From the IMG/VR virus record IMGVR_UViG_3300023180_000018: a DNA stretch of 64,000 nucleotides. The stretch is one strand, 5' to 3'. The DNA comes from a virus. Each line of letters begins with the position of its first letter. Position 1 is the stretch's first letter. Positions 23,601 to 33,966 of this stretch are shown in pieces. The notes beneath the pieces are model-generated. The model saw only the letters and a program-made list of their open reading frames with translations, ran no database searches and was not told the origin of the DNA. The position numbers and the translations under genes are program-made.

Positions 23601-25850
23601 ATAGTTATTGTCATTAAAGTTAAGAGTATTTGCTGACTTATCCCAACTAAGAGCTTCACCGCTTGTAGAACCTTCAATGCTAATATCATCTTCGAATAGC
23701 GATGTAGATCTAACACGCAATGTATTTGTGTTAGCTAAATCAGTAATATGAACTTGATTATTATTTGATGTTAATGCAATAGTGTTATCCGGCGAATATA
23801 AGTACGTAGCAACACCATCAATGCCTTCTAAATATCTAGAATCATCTGTCGCTCTTAAAATTAAATTAGTACCTTCAATAACTAAATTTCCAGTTGCAGT
23901 TTCTGCAATGATAGAATTATTTCCAGTATTATCGAAATAAATCTCAAGATCACCGTCTGTACCGAACGTGGCCTTAGCATTGTCATTCCAATTAAATGTT
24001 CTAGTTGTAGCAGTCCATGTTAATGCATCTTCATTTGTTGATACCGCATCAGATTCAAAATCGACATTACCTTGAACTCTTAAGGTATCGGTATTAGCTT
24101 CACCTTCAATATTAATCCCGATGTTTGTTGTTTCTAATTTATTAGCATTATTATAATAAAGTTTAACGGCCAGATTTTCCTGTGCATCGATCAATGTTTC
24201 TAAACCATCAGCACTTCTTACAATAAAATTATTAGTATCTAGATAAACCTTGCCGGTACCAGATGTATCTTGTAAATATGTGTGTGATCCATCGTGACGA
24301 ATTGTGAAATCATCATCATCACCCCATGTAACAATTGTATCATCACGATAATGCCAAGTATTAGCAGATGCATCCCAGAATACGTTATTAGAGTTTAATC
24401 CTGTAGATCCATCGAAGTTTGCATCGCCTAAAACTCTTGCTGTTGAAGTATTAGCTTCGCCATACACTTCGATGCCAGTTGAATTTGTTTGAAGTTTTGC
24501 AGTATTATTATGATAGAGAGTTACTTCGCCAGCAGTATTAGCGACAATAGCATTTACTGTGCCGGTTGCGTTTTGAATTAATAAATTTGTGGCAGTCCAG
24601 ATGTGAGTATTGCCAGTTCCACTATCTACGATGTAACTATGTGAACCATTGTGGTAGATATTAAAATCATCACCTGTTCCCCATGTAGTTCTAACATTAT
24701 CGAGATGGCGCAGATATCCTTGAGTTCCTCGTGAAGCATCCCAGATTACTCTATCAACACCATTATTAGTAAATGCAACATCGCCATTTGCATAGATTGT
24801 CTGTCGTCGAACACCATTAGTTTGAAAATCAATATCAGCTGTTGTTACACCGCGGGCTGTATCATCGACTGATATTACAAGAGATTCATCGTCAATTGTT
24901 TTAATGACTGTATCTAAGTGATTTGTCGTATCAGCTAATGTTGTTTGCCAACCAATACCAGAAACACTGGCGTCTGATTTGCGAATGTTAACCCAGTGAG
25001 CATGACCCGCTGCACCATCAGTCCAATTTGTATTACCAACGTATACATTAGATGTTAATGAACCGTCGACTGTTAATTGATCGACTCGAACTTCAGCATC
25101 AACATCAAGTGCTGTATTTGCTTCAGGCGCAGTCTTTCTAATTCCAAGACCACCGGTGTTAGTGTCATGTGCCCCTTCCCAACGAGCCTGTACTGATGCA
25201 CCAGTTGCGTCATAAAAGTCAACGTTACCACTCGTAACTGTCAGACTATCTTTATTATCAACACGTAAACTTAAGATCGAATCTGCTGTACCATTTGCAC
25301 CAAGGTCTGCATCAATAATTAAACTACCATCATCATTGGTAATAATTTTACCAACTGAGTTAGAAGAGTATGTATTAAACTCAATATTTGCGCCTGTAAT
25401 TTTAAGAGAATCAACTGTAGTATTTCTAACATCACCAGTAACTTGACTACCAATTTCTAAATATTGTTCTACATAAGCATCACCATACGCTCTTAAATCA
25501 CCACTAGTTTCTGATACATGCAAATTTGCATATGTATTAGCGTTTCCAATTACGTTAATATCTTTCCAAACAATAGTTAATAAAGCAGTATTTTGTATTT
25601 CAACATTTGATGTAATAAAAAGATTAGCAGACGTAGTATAGTTACCGCCACGCAAACTATCTTCAATAACGACATCATTCGCTGTAAATTGTCCTGTTAA
25701 TACTGCATCACCATTTGTATTAGCACCAGATGTATTTGCAGTTATAACATTATCGCGCATCAGCACGATCATTTGGTTAGTTTTTTCTAACCAATCACTA
25801 AATGTAGCTGATGCGGCATTTAATTCGTCGAAACCTGATAAAAGAGCCAT
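20691..25850 (-). CDS. Large repetitive tail fibre/spike protein
   Basis: TFSDWLEKTN N-terminus; about ten DN.K..(F/L)G...DL.IYH...S.I...G.G.L...V.LY.N..KL.T...G modules. Confidence 0.85.
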   Translation of the reverse strand: MALLSGFDELNAASATFSDWLEKTNQMIVLMRDNVITANTSGANTNGDAVLTGQFTANDVVIEDSLRGGNYTTSANLFITSNVEIQNTALLTIVWKDINVIGNANTYANLHVSETSGDLRAYGDAYVEQYLEIGSQVTGDVRNTTVDSLKITGANIEFNTYSSNSVGKIITNDDGSLIIDADLGANGTADSILSLRVDNKDSLTVTSGNVDFYDATGASVQARWEGAHDTNTGGLGIRKTAPEANTALDVDAEVRVDQLTVDGSLTSNVYVGNTNWTDGAAGHAHWVNIRKSDASVSGIGWQTTLADTTNHLDTVIKTIDDESLVISVDDTARGVTTADIDFQTNGVRRQTIYANGDVAFTNNGVDRVIWDASRGTQGYLRHLDNVRTTWGTGDDFNIYHNGSHSYIVDSGTGNTHIWTATNLLIQNATGTVNAIVANTAGEVTLYHNNTAKLQTNSTGIEVYGEANTSTARVLGDANFDGSTGLNSNNVFWDASANTWHYRDDTIVTWGDDDDFTIRHDGSHTYLQDTSGTGKVYLDTNNFIVRSADGLETLIDAQENLAVKLYYNNANKLETTNIGINIEGEANTDTLRVQGNVDFESDAVSTNEDALTWTATTRTFNWNDNAKATFGTDGDLEIYFDNTGNNSIIAETATGNLVIEGTNLILRATDDSRYLEGIDGVATYLYSPDNTIALTSNNNQVHITDLANTNTLRVRSTSLFEDDISIEGSTSGEALSWDKSANTLNFNDNNYATFGTSGDLSIYHDATTSRIDNSTGNIVIKNNADNADILIATDDSNGGVADYIRADGSSGDVVLYHYGTQKLATKSYGVEIEGEANTDTLRVQSNVKFESDAVSTNEDALTWTATTRTMNWNDNAKATFGTDGELEIYFDAAANNSIISESGTGSLIIQATDLTLRAADASRYLVGDDGVGTYLYSPDDSPALLANNNQVHITDLANTSTLRVRSTSLFEDDISIEGSTSVNTLTWDKSANTLNFDDNNFITMGTDADLSIYHTGARANINTAILDVRGSTNTNLFTDKLEVRSHTGSEAYVTATLNGAVVMYHNNAQKLTTQAGGITVTGNVVSDGFVAGDGEKLQLGASQDLQIFHEASGNSIIKESGGGSLVLQGNNMILENTEGGNYIDMAAGGALNLYYAGAAKLATATGGVVVTGNVVSDGFVAGDNERVQLGAAQDLELYHNGTASLITNKTGNLNITNNADNADVIISSDNGSGGITPIISASGTNTSAILYSAATARLQTTNTGVTVTGTIISDGLTMGNSEKVTLGTTMEIFNDGTTSYVRESGTGSLALQANGVVIEDTEGGNYFVGTAGGEATLYHNSVAKLDTQAGGITVTGNVVADGFVAGDNDKLQLGDEQDFQLYHSSADNHSYITENGAGSLIVQGNNVVIENTEGGNYIDMTADGAVELYYAAASKLQTSDTGVNVTGTAVSDGLNVDGSGYVSSKLHVGGTDTPTEAFKVTGTATVTSSSTLTGAVTFGSTAKPNETGQDLGDSTHRWDAFLSNTSVATYLYPATSGDDLGSSSLRWDIFGNDANINALTVNNNTVLGSDGADTLTVNAESDFNANATFTNIIVEGVANIFSLEIEVLTANGVAMLATETAVTATGDQEIDSLPFSESRGFKYIVQGRNENDATSAYGVEIMCVHNGTDVFFSRYGEISNSIDVTITPTTNNSHIILNANCPDATGTDIHRFNVVKIETT

Positions 25851-25855
25851 TCAAT

Positions 25856-26059
25856 TTAACCTATCTTTGCGTGAAAATCCGTAAGTATTTTTTTAATTTG
25901 TATTATATCTTTTTCTATTTTAGAAAGTCTTTTATCAACTTCTATTTGTCTAAAAGACTTTTCCCTTTCCATTTTATATCTTTTAAAATCATCAATGTTT
26001 GTATTAATAACAGCCCCATCATCAGTTTTAATAAAATCATCACTATTGTTATTTATCAT
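25856..26059 (-). CDS. Small conserved coiled-coil protein
   Basis: GAVINTN...Y...RLSKIEKDIIQIKKIL, typical gene following the VrlC-like gene in marine T4-like phages. Confidence 0.75.
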   Translation of the reverse strand: MINNNSDDFIKTDDGAVINTNIDDFKRYKMEREKSFRQIEVDKRLSKIEKDIIQIKKILTDFHAKIG

Positions 26060-26060
26060 A

Positions 26061-28832
26061 TTATGCAGAAACTCCTATCACTCTATAATCATCTATAGAA
26101 GGAACAATGGTAGATGAATCAGATAATAATACTGTCTTAATTGCAATAGCATTATATGTATCATATACTCCACCATTTTGACTAAAATATCTTACTATAT
26201 TAAAATTATCAGTGTTGTTAAACGCAGTGTATGGCGTAGAAATCTTATCAATTTTTAATCCAGTATCTTGTATATTTACATTTGCTACTGCTTCATGTAA
26301 AGTAATTTGTAAATCATTATCTACAGTATCTACTAAAAATATACCATAATTTTCTTCGAATAATGGACTATAAATTTTAACCACATCACCAGATGATAAG
26401 TCAGAAGTAAATGTTGTATTAACACCGGTTACTACAGTAGTGCCAGCATTAGTATCAACAGTTCCACTTAGTGTACTTGCACTTGGAGGATATGCAGGAA
26501 ATCCAAATTCTACTTCAATTAAATCATCTAAATCGCTTACATCACTAAATACATTTTCATTGCCGGATGTTACTTCTAATTCTGTCCAAAATTTGTCATC
26601 AAAAAGATCAGGGTCGGATTCGTTTATAATTTTAGCATAACACTTAAAATCTGTACCCGGTGGTTTATGCGCAGTATATATTACTCTAACATCTTCTGCA
26701 TTAACACCATCGCCAAATACTAATTTTTTAGAAATATGTTTACTAGCAGCTTCTCCATCATTAGTGTGTTCATTTGCATAATCGTTATTAATTTCAAAAT
26801 AAGAAGTCGCAATAGAAGAATTTTCTACGTCAAAATCTGGTGATTCGTATGTAGTAGCCGTTTCACCATTCCAACGATATAATATTCTAATTCTACAGGA
26901 TTTATCTCCAGTACCATCATCATTTTCATCATACAAATGTGTTCCATTAACTACTTCTGAAGATCTAGATAATATATATGGTGTGTATACAGCCTGTGAT
27001 GTAGAATTTATAAATTGCTCTAAGAAATTAGGAGAATTCATTTCAATTTGTCTTGTATAATCTGACGTTGTACTAACTCTAAAATTAGTACCATCAAAAT
27101 AAGTAAAAGATCCTTCTACAATAACTGTAGTTCTAGAAGGAATATCTAAATCAAATTTTGGCGTAAAAGCAGAAATTGGTAATACATCTAAAGTAGAAAC
27201 ATCGCCAGACGCACCCGAATCAATTCCAATAACAGTAGAACCAACTTCAAATCTATTTGTTGAAGTAGCTTCGGAATCTGTACAGATTAAAGTATCTCCA
27301 AGTGGATCCCAATGATATACTTGAGCCACTACAGGTTTTTTATGAGTACCATTAGTAATTGAATATGGTGCTAAATTTTTTACAATTATTCTTGTATCAC
27401 TTTTAACATCACTAATTTCAAAAATTTCAGTATTTCCAGCAGTTCCATCTGTAAGTAAAATCCAATCATCATCATTAAAATCTGCAGTAAATGTTGTATT
27501 AACACCTGTTATAATTCGATCATTACCTGTTATACTAATTGTGCCTGTTAATGTTGAAGAATCTTTATATACATATTCTCCGCCAATATAATCACCAGTG
27601 ACAGTGCCCATTGTAAAAAATTCATAATCTTCATTGACAATATTAACAGCAGCCACAGCGCTCTCATATTCGCATCCCTCAATGTCAAATTTTAAATCTT
27701 CAGTAGTTGATGCTTTTTGTTTAATATAAGATTTTGATGCGTTTGGCTTATTCTTATATCCAATATATAAATCACCTTGATGATCTTTTTGTGCACCACC
27801 AGATTTAGTATTAGTTCCAGTTTTTCTATCACCAACTTTACATGTCCACAACTCATACACATTATCTTGATATGCTACGGTAAAAGCATAATATTTTCCA
27901 GTTTTAACTCTTACTGGAGTATCAAAATCAAAAGTAGTTGCAATAGATGCATCTGAAGAAGTATTGATTTCTGATAATGTTAATGCAACTTTAGAAGATT
28001 CGTATTCTCTTTTAAAAACTGGAATTCCATCTTCAACATCAATCAAACTAACAATTACGCCTTTATCTTTTCTACCTTTACCAGAAATTGGATTTGGTTT
28101 TTTCTTAAAATATAAATTAATTCCAGTTAAATCTACAGTTTTTGCGCCTCCAAGTTTAGCATCATTTAAAAAGAAAGTTTGTACATAATCAAAATCTGCT
28201 TCTTGCTTTATTGTACGCGTACGAATCTGCGACGCGCGTTTGACAAGCTTTGGCTGTTTAGGTAATACAAATTTACCTACTCCTTGGACTCCAAGTAACT
28301 GATCTGCAATATCTTTTGCAATCTTTACTGGAGCAGTATTTGAAGTAGGTGCAATTACGTTTAATTTTTCTAATGTTTTATTGTTAATAGTAACATTAGT
28401 CGTATTTAATGTTGTTCCAAATGGAATTAGAGTAATACTTTCTTCAGATAAAGTCTTTTCTTTCATACTCATTAATTGCTCTACAGTTCCTCTTGGAATT
28501 TTCTGCCAAGCAAGCCAATACATAGAGAAAGATAAATCACCATCTTCGTCAGTCCATAAGAAAGTTTGACCATATCTGTTTCCATCACCAGAAACACCTT
28601 TTGGCTTATAACCTCTAGAACCACCATAACCATAACACCATTCAGTAATATTAAGATCTTGAAAAAATACTTTATATTTTGTATTAGGTTTTAAATTTTT
28701 AAACGTAAAAGGTCCGCGCCTTTGAATTGGTTGTATTGAAGAAGCAACGTCACTGGTTTCTCTCAAACCTTTAAATGAAGAATTAAGATCTAATTTAAAA
28801 TTCGATCCTAAGTTACCTAAATTAATATTCAT
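26061..28832 (-). CDS. Baseplate-associated structural protein (C-terminal half of VrlC/DUF4815-like protein)
   Basis: VQTFF...LTGINLYFKKK...SSDASIATTFDFDTPV...EDLKF; ends IAIKTVLLS...VPSIDDYRVIG. Confidence 0.75.
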   Translation of the reverse strand: MNINLGNLGSNFKLDLNSSFKGLRETSDVASSIQPIQRRGPFTFKNLKPNTKYKVFFQDLNITEWCYGYGGSRGYKPKGVSGDGNRYGQTFLWTDEDGDLSFSMYWLAWQKIPRGTVEQLMSMKEKTLSEESITLIPFGTTLNTTNVTINNKTLEKLNVIAPTSNTAPVKIAKDIADQLLGVQGVGKFVLPKQPKLVKRASQIRTRTIKQEADFDYVQTFFLNDAKLGGAKTVDLTGINLYFKKKPNPISGKGRKDKGVIVSLIDVEDGIPVFKREYESSKVALTLSEINTSSDASIATTFDFDTPVRVKTGKYYAFTVAYQDNVYELWTCKVGDRKTGTNTKSGGAQKDHQGDLYIGYKNKPNASKSYIKQKASTTEDLKFDIEGCEYESAVAAVNIVNEDYEFFTMGTVTGDYIGGEYVYKDSSTLTGTISITGNDRIITGVNTTFTADFNDDDWILLTDGTAGNTEIFEISDVKSDTRIIVKNLAPYSITNGTHKKPVVAQVYHWDPLGDTLICTDSEATSTNRFEVGSTVIGIDSGASGDVSTLDVLPISAFTPKFDLDIPSRTTVIVEGSFTYFDGTNFRVSTTSDYTRQIEMNSPNFLEQFINSTSQAVYTPYILSRSSEVVNGTHLYDENDDGTGDKSCRIRILYRWNGETATTYESPDFDVENSSIATSYFEINNDYANEHTNDGEAASKHISKKLVFGDGVNAEDVRVIYTAHKPPGTDFKCYAKIINESDPDLFDDKFWTELEVTSGNENVFSDVSDLDDLIEVEFGFPAYPPSASTLSGTVDTNAGTTVVTGVNTTFTSDLSSGDVVKIYSPLFEENYGIFLVDTVDNDLQITLHEAVANVNIQDTGLKIDKISTPYTAFNNTDNFNIVRYFSQNGGVYDTYNAIAIKTVLLSDSSTIVPSIDDYRVIGVSA

Positions 28833-28834
28833 CT

Positions 28835-31800
28835 CTAAATGCCTCCAATGTTGCCAATATTAATTTTTCCAATTTTAATACCTTTAATTGCAATGTTTTT
28901 TGTAACGTCTACTTTAACTGTCGTAGACGGTGCTTTTGGTTTACTGCCTGAAATTTTAGCAGTAATAGCTGCTATTGCAGGTGGTACGATTCCTTTTGAT
29001 AAATCTACACTTTTAACCACATTCTTAGGTGGAGCTGGTCTTGGCACTTTCCTCTTTTTCTTAGGAAGCGCTGGTGGCTCCGGCGGTGGCGGTGGCGGTA
29101 GATTTGGAACTGGTGGTTTTGGTGGAACCACTATTCTAGCACTGCTAGTTCTAACGCTTCCAGTCTGCTTAAACGTATCAAGAAGATCTCTAGTTCGAGC
29201 ATCCACTTTATGATCTTCACTGAAAATTATTCTTCTTGTAGAAGGCGTCTTAGGCGGCCGCTTAGGAGGTCTAGCCGGCACGACTTTAGGTGGTGCCTTA
29301 GGCGTCTTAGGCGGACTAACTACTTGCACCGTTGCTGCTATTGGAATGTTAATAGGTACAGTAGCACTAAATCCATAACCGCTAATATTTATTGTTTGCG
29401 GTAACACCACTACATCTCCAGTCGTTGTTGGAGCTGTAGAAGGTGGAACAGAAGGTGGCGAAGGCACGGGTGTTGGTGGCTTCGGCGGTGCAGGTGGAGG
29501 AGTTGCTGGAAGAGTCACAGCTACCGGTGGAGGATTAGTTGGAGGTGGAACTTTAACCGGATTTGCTTGATACACCGGATCAATCACTAATTTTGGAGCT
29601 GGATAGCAGAAAACTGCGTTCCAAGCTGTACCAACACCACTTCTAACAGTAATTGTAATTTTATTTCCAAGAGATGAATTATAAGTAAAATCATATGCTC
29701 CTAGATTAGTAACCCAATAGTTATTATCATATACTGCATTTGCCTTCACCGACCCTGCAGGTCCTTCGTCCCAGCGAATCCTTGAGCTCTTACCACCAGG
29801 CTTTTCTCTTTTTTCTGCTGCAGTAAGAGTTCTAAACGCTTTAGTAGAACTAGTGAATAAAGTAGTAGATCCCTGTTTTACTTCAAAACGATCAGCACCG
29901 TTATACACATCAAAAAATATTGTACATATTTGTCCATTGGCTGCACTATTAGATGATAATGTAAAAGTGTATGAATCTGATGGGAAAATTGATTCTTCGC
30001 CATTAAGTCCTGGGCCATTAGTGTTATTTTTATTTTTAATTGCTACACACTTAGTTTCTACCTCTTCTACTACAACAGGTGGAGGAGGAATTACTGGTGG
30101 TGGAACTGGTCTTTCACGTGTCGGTGGAACCACTGGAGGAGGTGGAGGTACTACAATTACAGGTCCATCTGTAGAACTTTTTTGACTAACAATATTAACA
30201 ACATTATATTTAAATTTAATCTTTTTACCATCACTATTTGTTGAACCATTATTAGCAGGCCTAAATGCAACTTCTAAAGGATTCTTAGATGGGCGTAGTC
30301 TATAATCATATATTGAAGAGTTTTGTGCAGGATCGTCTACGTTAGTCATTGATGCATCAATAAATTCATCAGTAAAAAATCCAAATTTATATCTTTCTAA
30401 AGTAGGATCAACTGAACTAGATAATACTTTATTTTTAACTTTTGTTTCATTATCACTTAAACTTACATAATATTCTAAAGCTGCAATCCTGTTTTCTAAG
30501 GACTTAATTTCATCCATACTATATCCAGGAGTTTGCATAGAACTCGCTTCAGTTGTAATAGTATATCTTTCCAATCTTCCGGTTTGAATAGTTTCATTAT
30601 AAACATTAACTGCTAATATCTCAGTCATGTTTTCTGATAATCTTTCAGGAAGAGATGGATATGGAGGAATATCAGCAGTATATAATAAGAACTCATCTGC
30701 CTGTCTAGCTTGTCTTAATTTTTCTCCTTCTAATATATCGAAAGTACCATCAGTATTTAAAATAATACTATCATCTCTAGAATCGTAATAAGTATAACTT
30801 AGTGTTATATCACCTTCTGGTACTGGAAACCTTTTATCTGTAGCAGCAAATCTAGTAGACTCTGTTACTGCACTTGGATTAGTTGGTGCTAATGCAGGAT
30901 CTGTCTGATATGTTGTTGTAGCTGAGGTGATAGGTCTAAAATCTAAAACTTCTCTTAAATCATAATAGTTTCCCTCAGGTCCTGTGATTTCAGGAATTTC
31001 TAATGTATTAATTACAGTTCCATCAGTATCTAATTCTGATAATGTTTTTGTATCATCTAAAGAATATGAAGAAATAGTTTTTAATCCTTCTGAAGACGTT
31101 GTAAAGCAATCTAATTCAATTAAATATACATCACTCGCACCTACTGTCCATTTTGGATTTTTCTTTAAATGTAAATAACCAACGTCTGCGTAATTTGTTT
31201 TATGATTATGATTTACGTAAAAATAATTTGTAATATTTGTATCGCTAGTAGTAGAACCGTCATAAACTGCACGAAGTCTAAAAATATCTGGTATACCTAA
31301 ACACCATGGTCCAGATGTACCTGCAGCATTAGATGAAACATCAATCTTGACATAAACTTTTCTATTAACTGTTTTTGATGTTGGATTAGTTAAAGTTATT
31401 TTTTGATTGAAGATAATTGATGTAGTTCCAACCCCAGATGTTAAACTCTCTCCGAGATCAATATCTAAATTATTTCCATTTACAGTAGCAGTTCTATTAG
31501 CCCTAGTTGAAAACTCAATTGGAACATTTGCAGGTAATATTCTTTCAAAAGTTGCAGATGCATCAATATCTGCTAATGCAGCGGTGGGTTGAAATTTAAA
31601 AGAAGTATTGTTAAGAATACTTCGTACTCGAATAATAGCTGTATTAGAACCACCATCGGTTAATTTAAGATAATCACCATCAGTCAATTCTGAAGTAAAT
31701 TGTGTACTTAATCCAGTCAATGTTCCACTACTATCTGAAGAATACGTTCCAGAAATACTATCTGATATGATTAAATCAGTTTCAGGCGTAATTATAATTT

Positions 31801-33961
31801 CTCTTTTTTCAGCAGTAGTGAGGGAACCAACGTATGGCCATGCAGCACCAGCATCTGCAGCAACGCTGAATTGGGAAAGAGTATCTACGATAATGCCAGT
31901 TTCTTCAGTTTTATATTTGTACGTAATGTTGGTTGTTTCTACTAAAGGCAATTGCGTATTATACATTAATGCGTTATTAGCAACACCATATAATTTAGCA
32001 ACAGATGTTCCTCCACCAGAACCTGGTTTAGATTCTAATATTAGATCAGCAGTAGACGTAGAAGTTCTTATTGCTTTAACATTATCAAAAGATTTTCCAG
32101 CATTCATTTTAATATCAAATAGATATATTCTAAATACTGCACCAGGATTTCCAAGATCTCCTCCACGTTCCCACACTACAGACCTAACTCTAGCCTTACC
32201 TATAGTGGATCCAATATTTGGTATTGTACCTGCTCTTACAGATAATGCATTTTGGACAGAACTTTTAAGATCTACTTGATCTCCTTCTGTAAAAGAAAGA
32301 TGTCCTGCATATTCATTTACTCTTACATAATTTCCATAGTTAAAATCTATTGCCGTATTTGAATACGTAACAATATCTTTAGATTTAGAAATTTCTAAAG
32401 TAGTATTTCTATCTGTCTTAATTCTATATCCTGAAACGTATGCTTGACCAGGATCAATAACATAATTAAATACGTTTTCAGAATCGGCCATAGAAGTTGG
32501 AGATTTTGTTGTAATGTTAAAAACATCTAAGAAATAATTACCAGATTCTTCAAATGTTCTTTCCGCCATTATATCACCAACAGCAGCTAATTCAGAACGA
32601 TCTCTTGTTTGTGTAACTTTACCTTCTGAAAATTTCCAAACAGGATAATATTCAGAATCTTCCTCAGCTTCACTATCGGTTTTAATAGTTAAAACTGGCG
32701 TTAATGATAATCTATGTGCACCCGGCGCGTTTTCATTTAAATATCCAGCTGCATTGTCATATAAGCTATTATCTACAGAACTATTTGCAACATATTCTAT
32801 TGTAGTAAATCCAGCAGAAACGTTACTTGGTGTATTGGCATATTTTTCTACAATGTGCCATTGTGGTTGTACGTTTAAAAAATATCCTTTTTGGTATATA
32901 ATACCCTCTGTAATTTCCATAGCATAACCGACACCGACTGGATCAGTAAATTCATTAGTAGCTACAGTAACTTTTGTCAAAAACGCATTGGGAGTTAGAT
33001 CTAAAGCATTGACTTGATCTGTTGATGCTTGTGTTGTTGAAATTGTTACATATGGATCAATATAATATCCAATACCAGCAGCTTGCATATTAATATTATT
33101 GATAACGCCTACAGAAGATGTATTAACAGATGCTACTGCGCCTCCGCCAACAAAATCCATAAGTACAGCTTCGTTACTAGTAGTTCCACCGGTAATATTA
33201 AAGGTTCTAGAAAAAGACCAACTAGAATTATTTGCTAAAATTAATTGACTGGTAAGTGGTTTTAATCTTAACACCACAGCTTCTGTATTAGAAGAAGTAT
33301 CAATTGCAGTAATTTCTGCTTGAGCGCCAGTGGTTGATTGGGTAATAGTTTCTCCTACTTGGAATGTACCATTAGAAAATTCTAATCCACCTGAGGTATT
33401 TTGTACTTCAATAGCTGATAGAATAACGACACTATCCGTATTAAGAAATCCTTGGGAACCATTAGCAACATCAATAGAATATAGTCTTAAATCTTCATTA
33501 TATATCGTTAATAAGTTACCATTTGAAAACTCAGGAGTAGTGCCATCAAGACCACTATTAAGATAATTTAAATATAAAGTATTGAGATTTGGATTTTGTG
33601 ATTCAAATCCAGACTCAGACTTAATTACTCTAGCCACAAGATTAGTAGATGGTTGTACAGCTAATAAACCTAAATACCGATCAACGTCAACAGCGCCACC
33701 AGTATATGTTGTATCTTTAATTTTAATATAAGGAACAGCATAGTGAAAAGTTGCATCGCATCCTTCTAATAAAGCTCCTCTATTAATAACATGATCACCA
33801 AACTTAGTAATTTGTTCTTGCAGAACACTTTGTAATTGGTTAAGTTCTCTTACTTGTACAGCAGCGCCTGGTCTAAATAAAATTTTATAATAATCTTTTG
33901 CATGCGCTGTTTCTGCGTCGTCAAAGTATGGGGATGCTTGTAAATCTGTTTGAATTGACAT
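28835..33961 (-). CDS. VrlC/DUF4815-like baseplate structural protein with Pro-rich C-terminus
   Basis: SPYFDD...YYKILFRPG.AVQVRELNQLQS..Q.QI, APGAHRL, ERTFEESGNY, LENRIAALEYYVSL, RYKFGFFTDEF; follows gp8. Confidence 0.85.
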   Translation of the reverse strand: MSIQTDLQASPYFDDAETAHAKDYYKILFRPGAAVQVRELNQLQSVLQEQITKFGDHVINRGALLEGCDATFHYAVPYIKIKDTTYTGGAVDVDRYLGLLAVQPSTNLVARVIKSESGFESQNPNLNTLYLNYLNSGLDGTTPEFSNGNLLTIYNEDLRLYSIDVANGSQGFLNTDSVVILSAIEVQNTSGGLEFSNGTFQVGETITQSTTGAQAEITAIDTSSNTEAVVLRLKPLTSQLILANNSSWSFSRTFNITGGTTSNEAVLMDFVGGGAVASVNTSSVGVINNINMQAAGIGYYIDPYVTISTTQASTDQVNALDLTPNAFLTKVTVATNEFTDPVGVGYAMEITEGIIYQKGYFLNVQPQWHIVEKYANTPSNVSAGFTTIEYVANSSVDNSLYDNAAGYLNENAPGAHRLSLTPVLTIKTDSEAEEDSEYYPVWKFSEGKVTQTRDRSELAAVGDIMAERTFEESGNYFLDVFNITTKSPTSMADSENVFNYVIDPGQAYVSGYRIKTDRNTTLEISKSKDIVTYSNTAIDFNYGNYVRVNEYAGHLSFTEGDQVDLKSSVQNALSVRAGTIPNIGSTIGKARVRSVVWERGGDLGNPGAVFRIYLFDIKMNAGKSFDNVKAIRTSTSTADLILESKPGSGGGTSVAKLYGVANNALMYNTQLPLVETTNITYKYKTEETGIIVDTLSQFSVAADAGAAWPYVGSLTTAEKREIIITPETDLIISDSISGTYSSDSSGTLTGLSTQFTSELTDGDYLKLTDGGSNTAIIRVRSILNNTSFKFQPTAALADIDASATFERILPANVPIEFSTRANRTATVNGNNLDIDLGESLTSGVGTTSIIFNQKITLTNPTSKTVNRKVYVKIDVSSNAAGTSGPWCLGIPDIFRLRAVYDGSTTSDTNITNYFYVNHNHKTNYADVGYLHLKKNPKWTVGASDVYLIELDCFTTSSEGLKTISSYSLDDTKTLSELDTDGTVINTLEIPEITGPEGNYYDLREVLDFRPITSATTTYQTDPALAPTNPSAVTESTRFAATDKRFPVPEGDITLSYTYYDSRDDSIILNTDGTFDILEGEKLRQARQADEFLLYTADIPPYPSLPERLSENMTEILAVNVYNETIQTGRLERYTITTEASSMQTPGYSMDEIKSLENRIAALEYYVSLSDNETKVKNKVLSSSVDPTLERYKFGFFTDEFIDASMTNVDDPAQNSSIYDYRLRPSKNPLEVAFRPANNGSTNSDGKKIKFKYNVVNIVSQKSSTDGPVIVVPPPPPVVPPTRERPVPPPVIPPPPVVVEEVETKCVAIKNKNNTNGPGLNGEESIFPSDSYTFTLSSNSAANGQICTIFFDVYNGADRFEVKQGSTTLFTSSTKAFRTLTAAEKREKPGGKSSRIRWDEGPAGSVKANAVYDNNYWVTNLGAYDFTYNSSLGNKITITVRSGVGTAWNAVFCYPAPKLVIDPVYQANPVKVPPPTNPPPVAVTLPATPPPAPPKPPTPVPSPPSVPPSTAPTTTGDVVVLPQTINISGYGFSATVPINIPIAATVQVVSPPKTPKAPPKVVPARPPKRPPKTPSTRRIIFSEDHKVDARTRDLLDTFKQTGSVRTSSARIVVPPKPPVPNLPPPPPPEPPALPKKKRKVPRPAPPKNVVKSVDLSKGIVPPAIAAITAKISGSKPKAPSTTVKVDVTKNIAIKGIKIGKINIGNIGGI

Positions 33962-33966
33962 TTATT

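Noticed and set aside
28830-28905. Frameshift or readthrough joining the two VrlC-like halves (A AAA AAC present)
   Set aside because: The -1 frame hits TAA before the downstream ATG, the genes are out of frame, and the second gene has its own GGAGG SD
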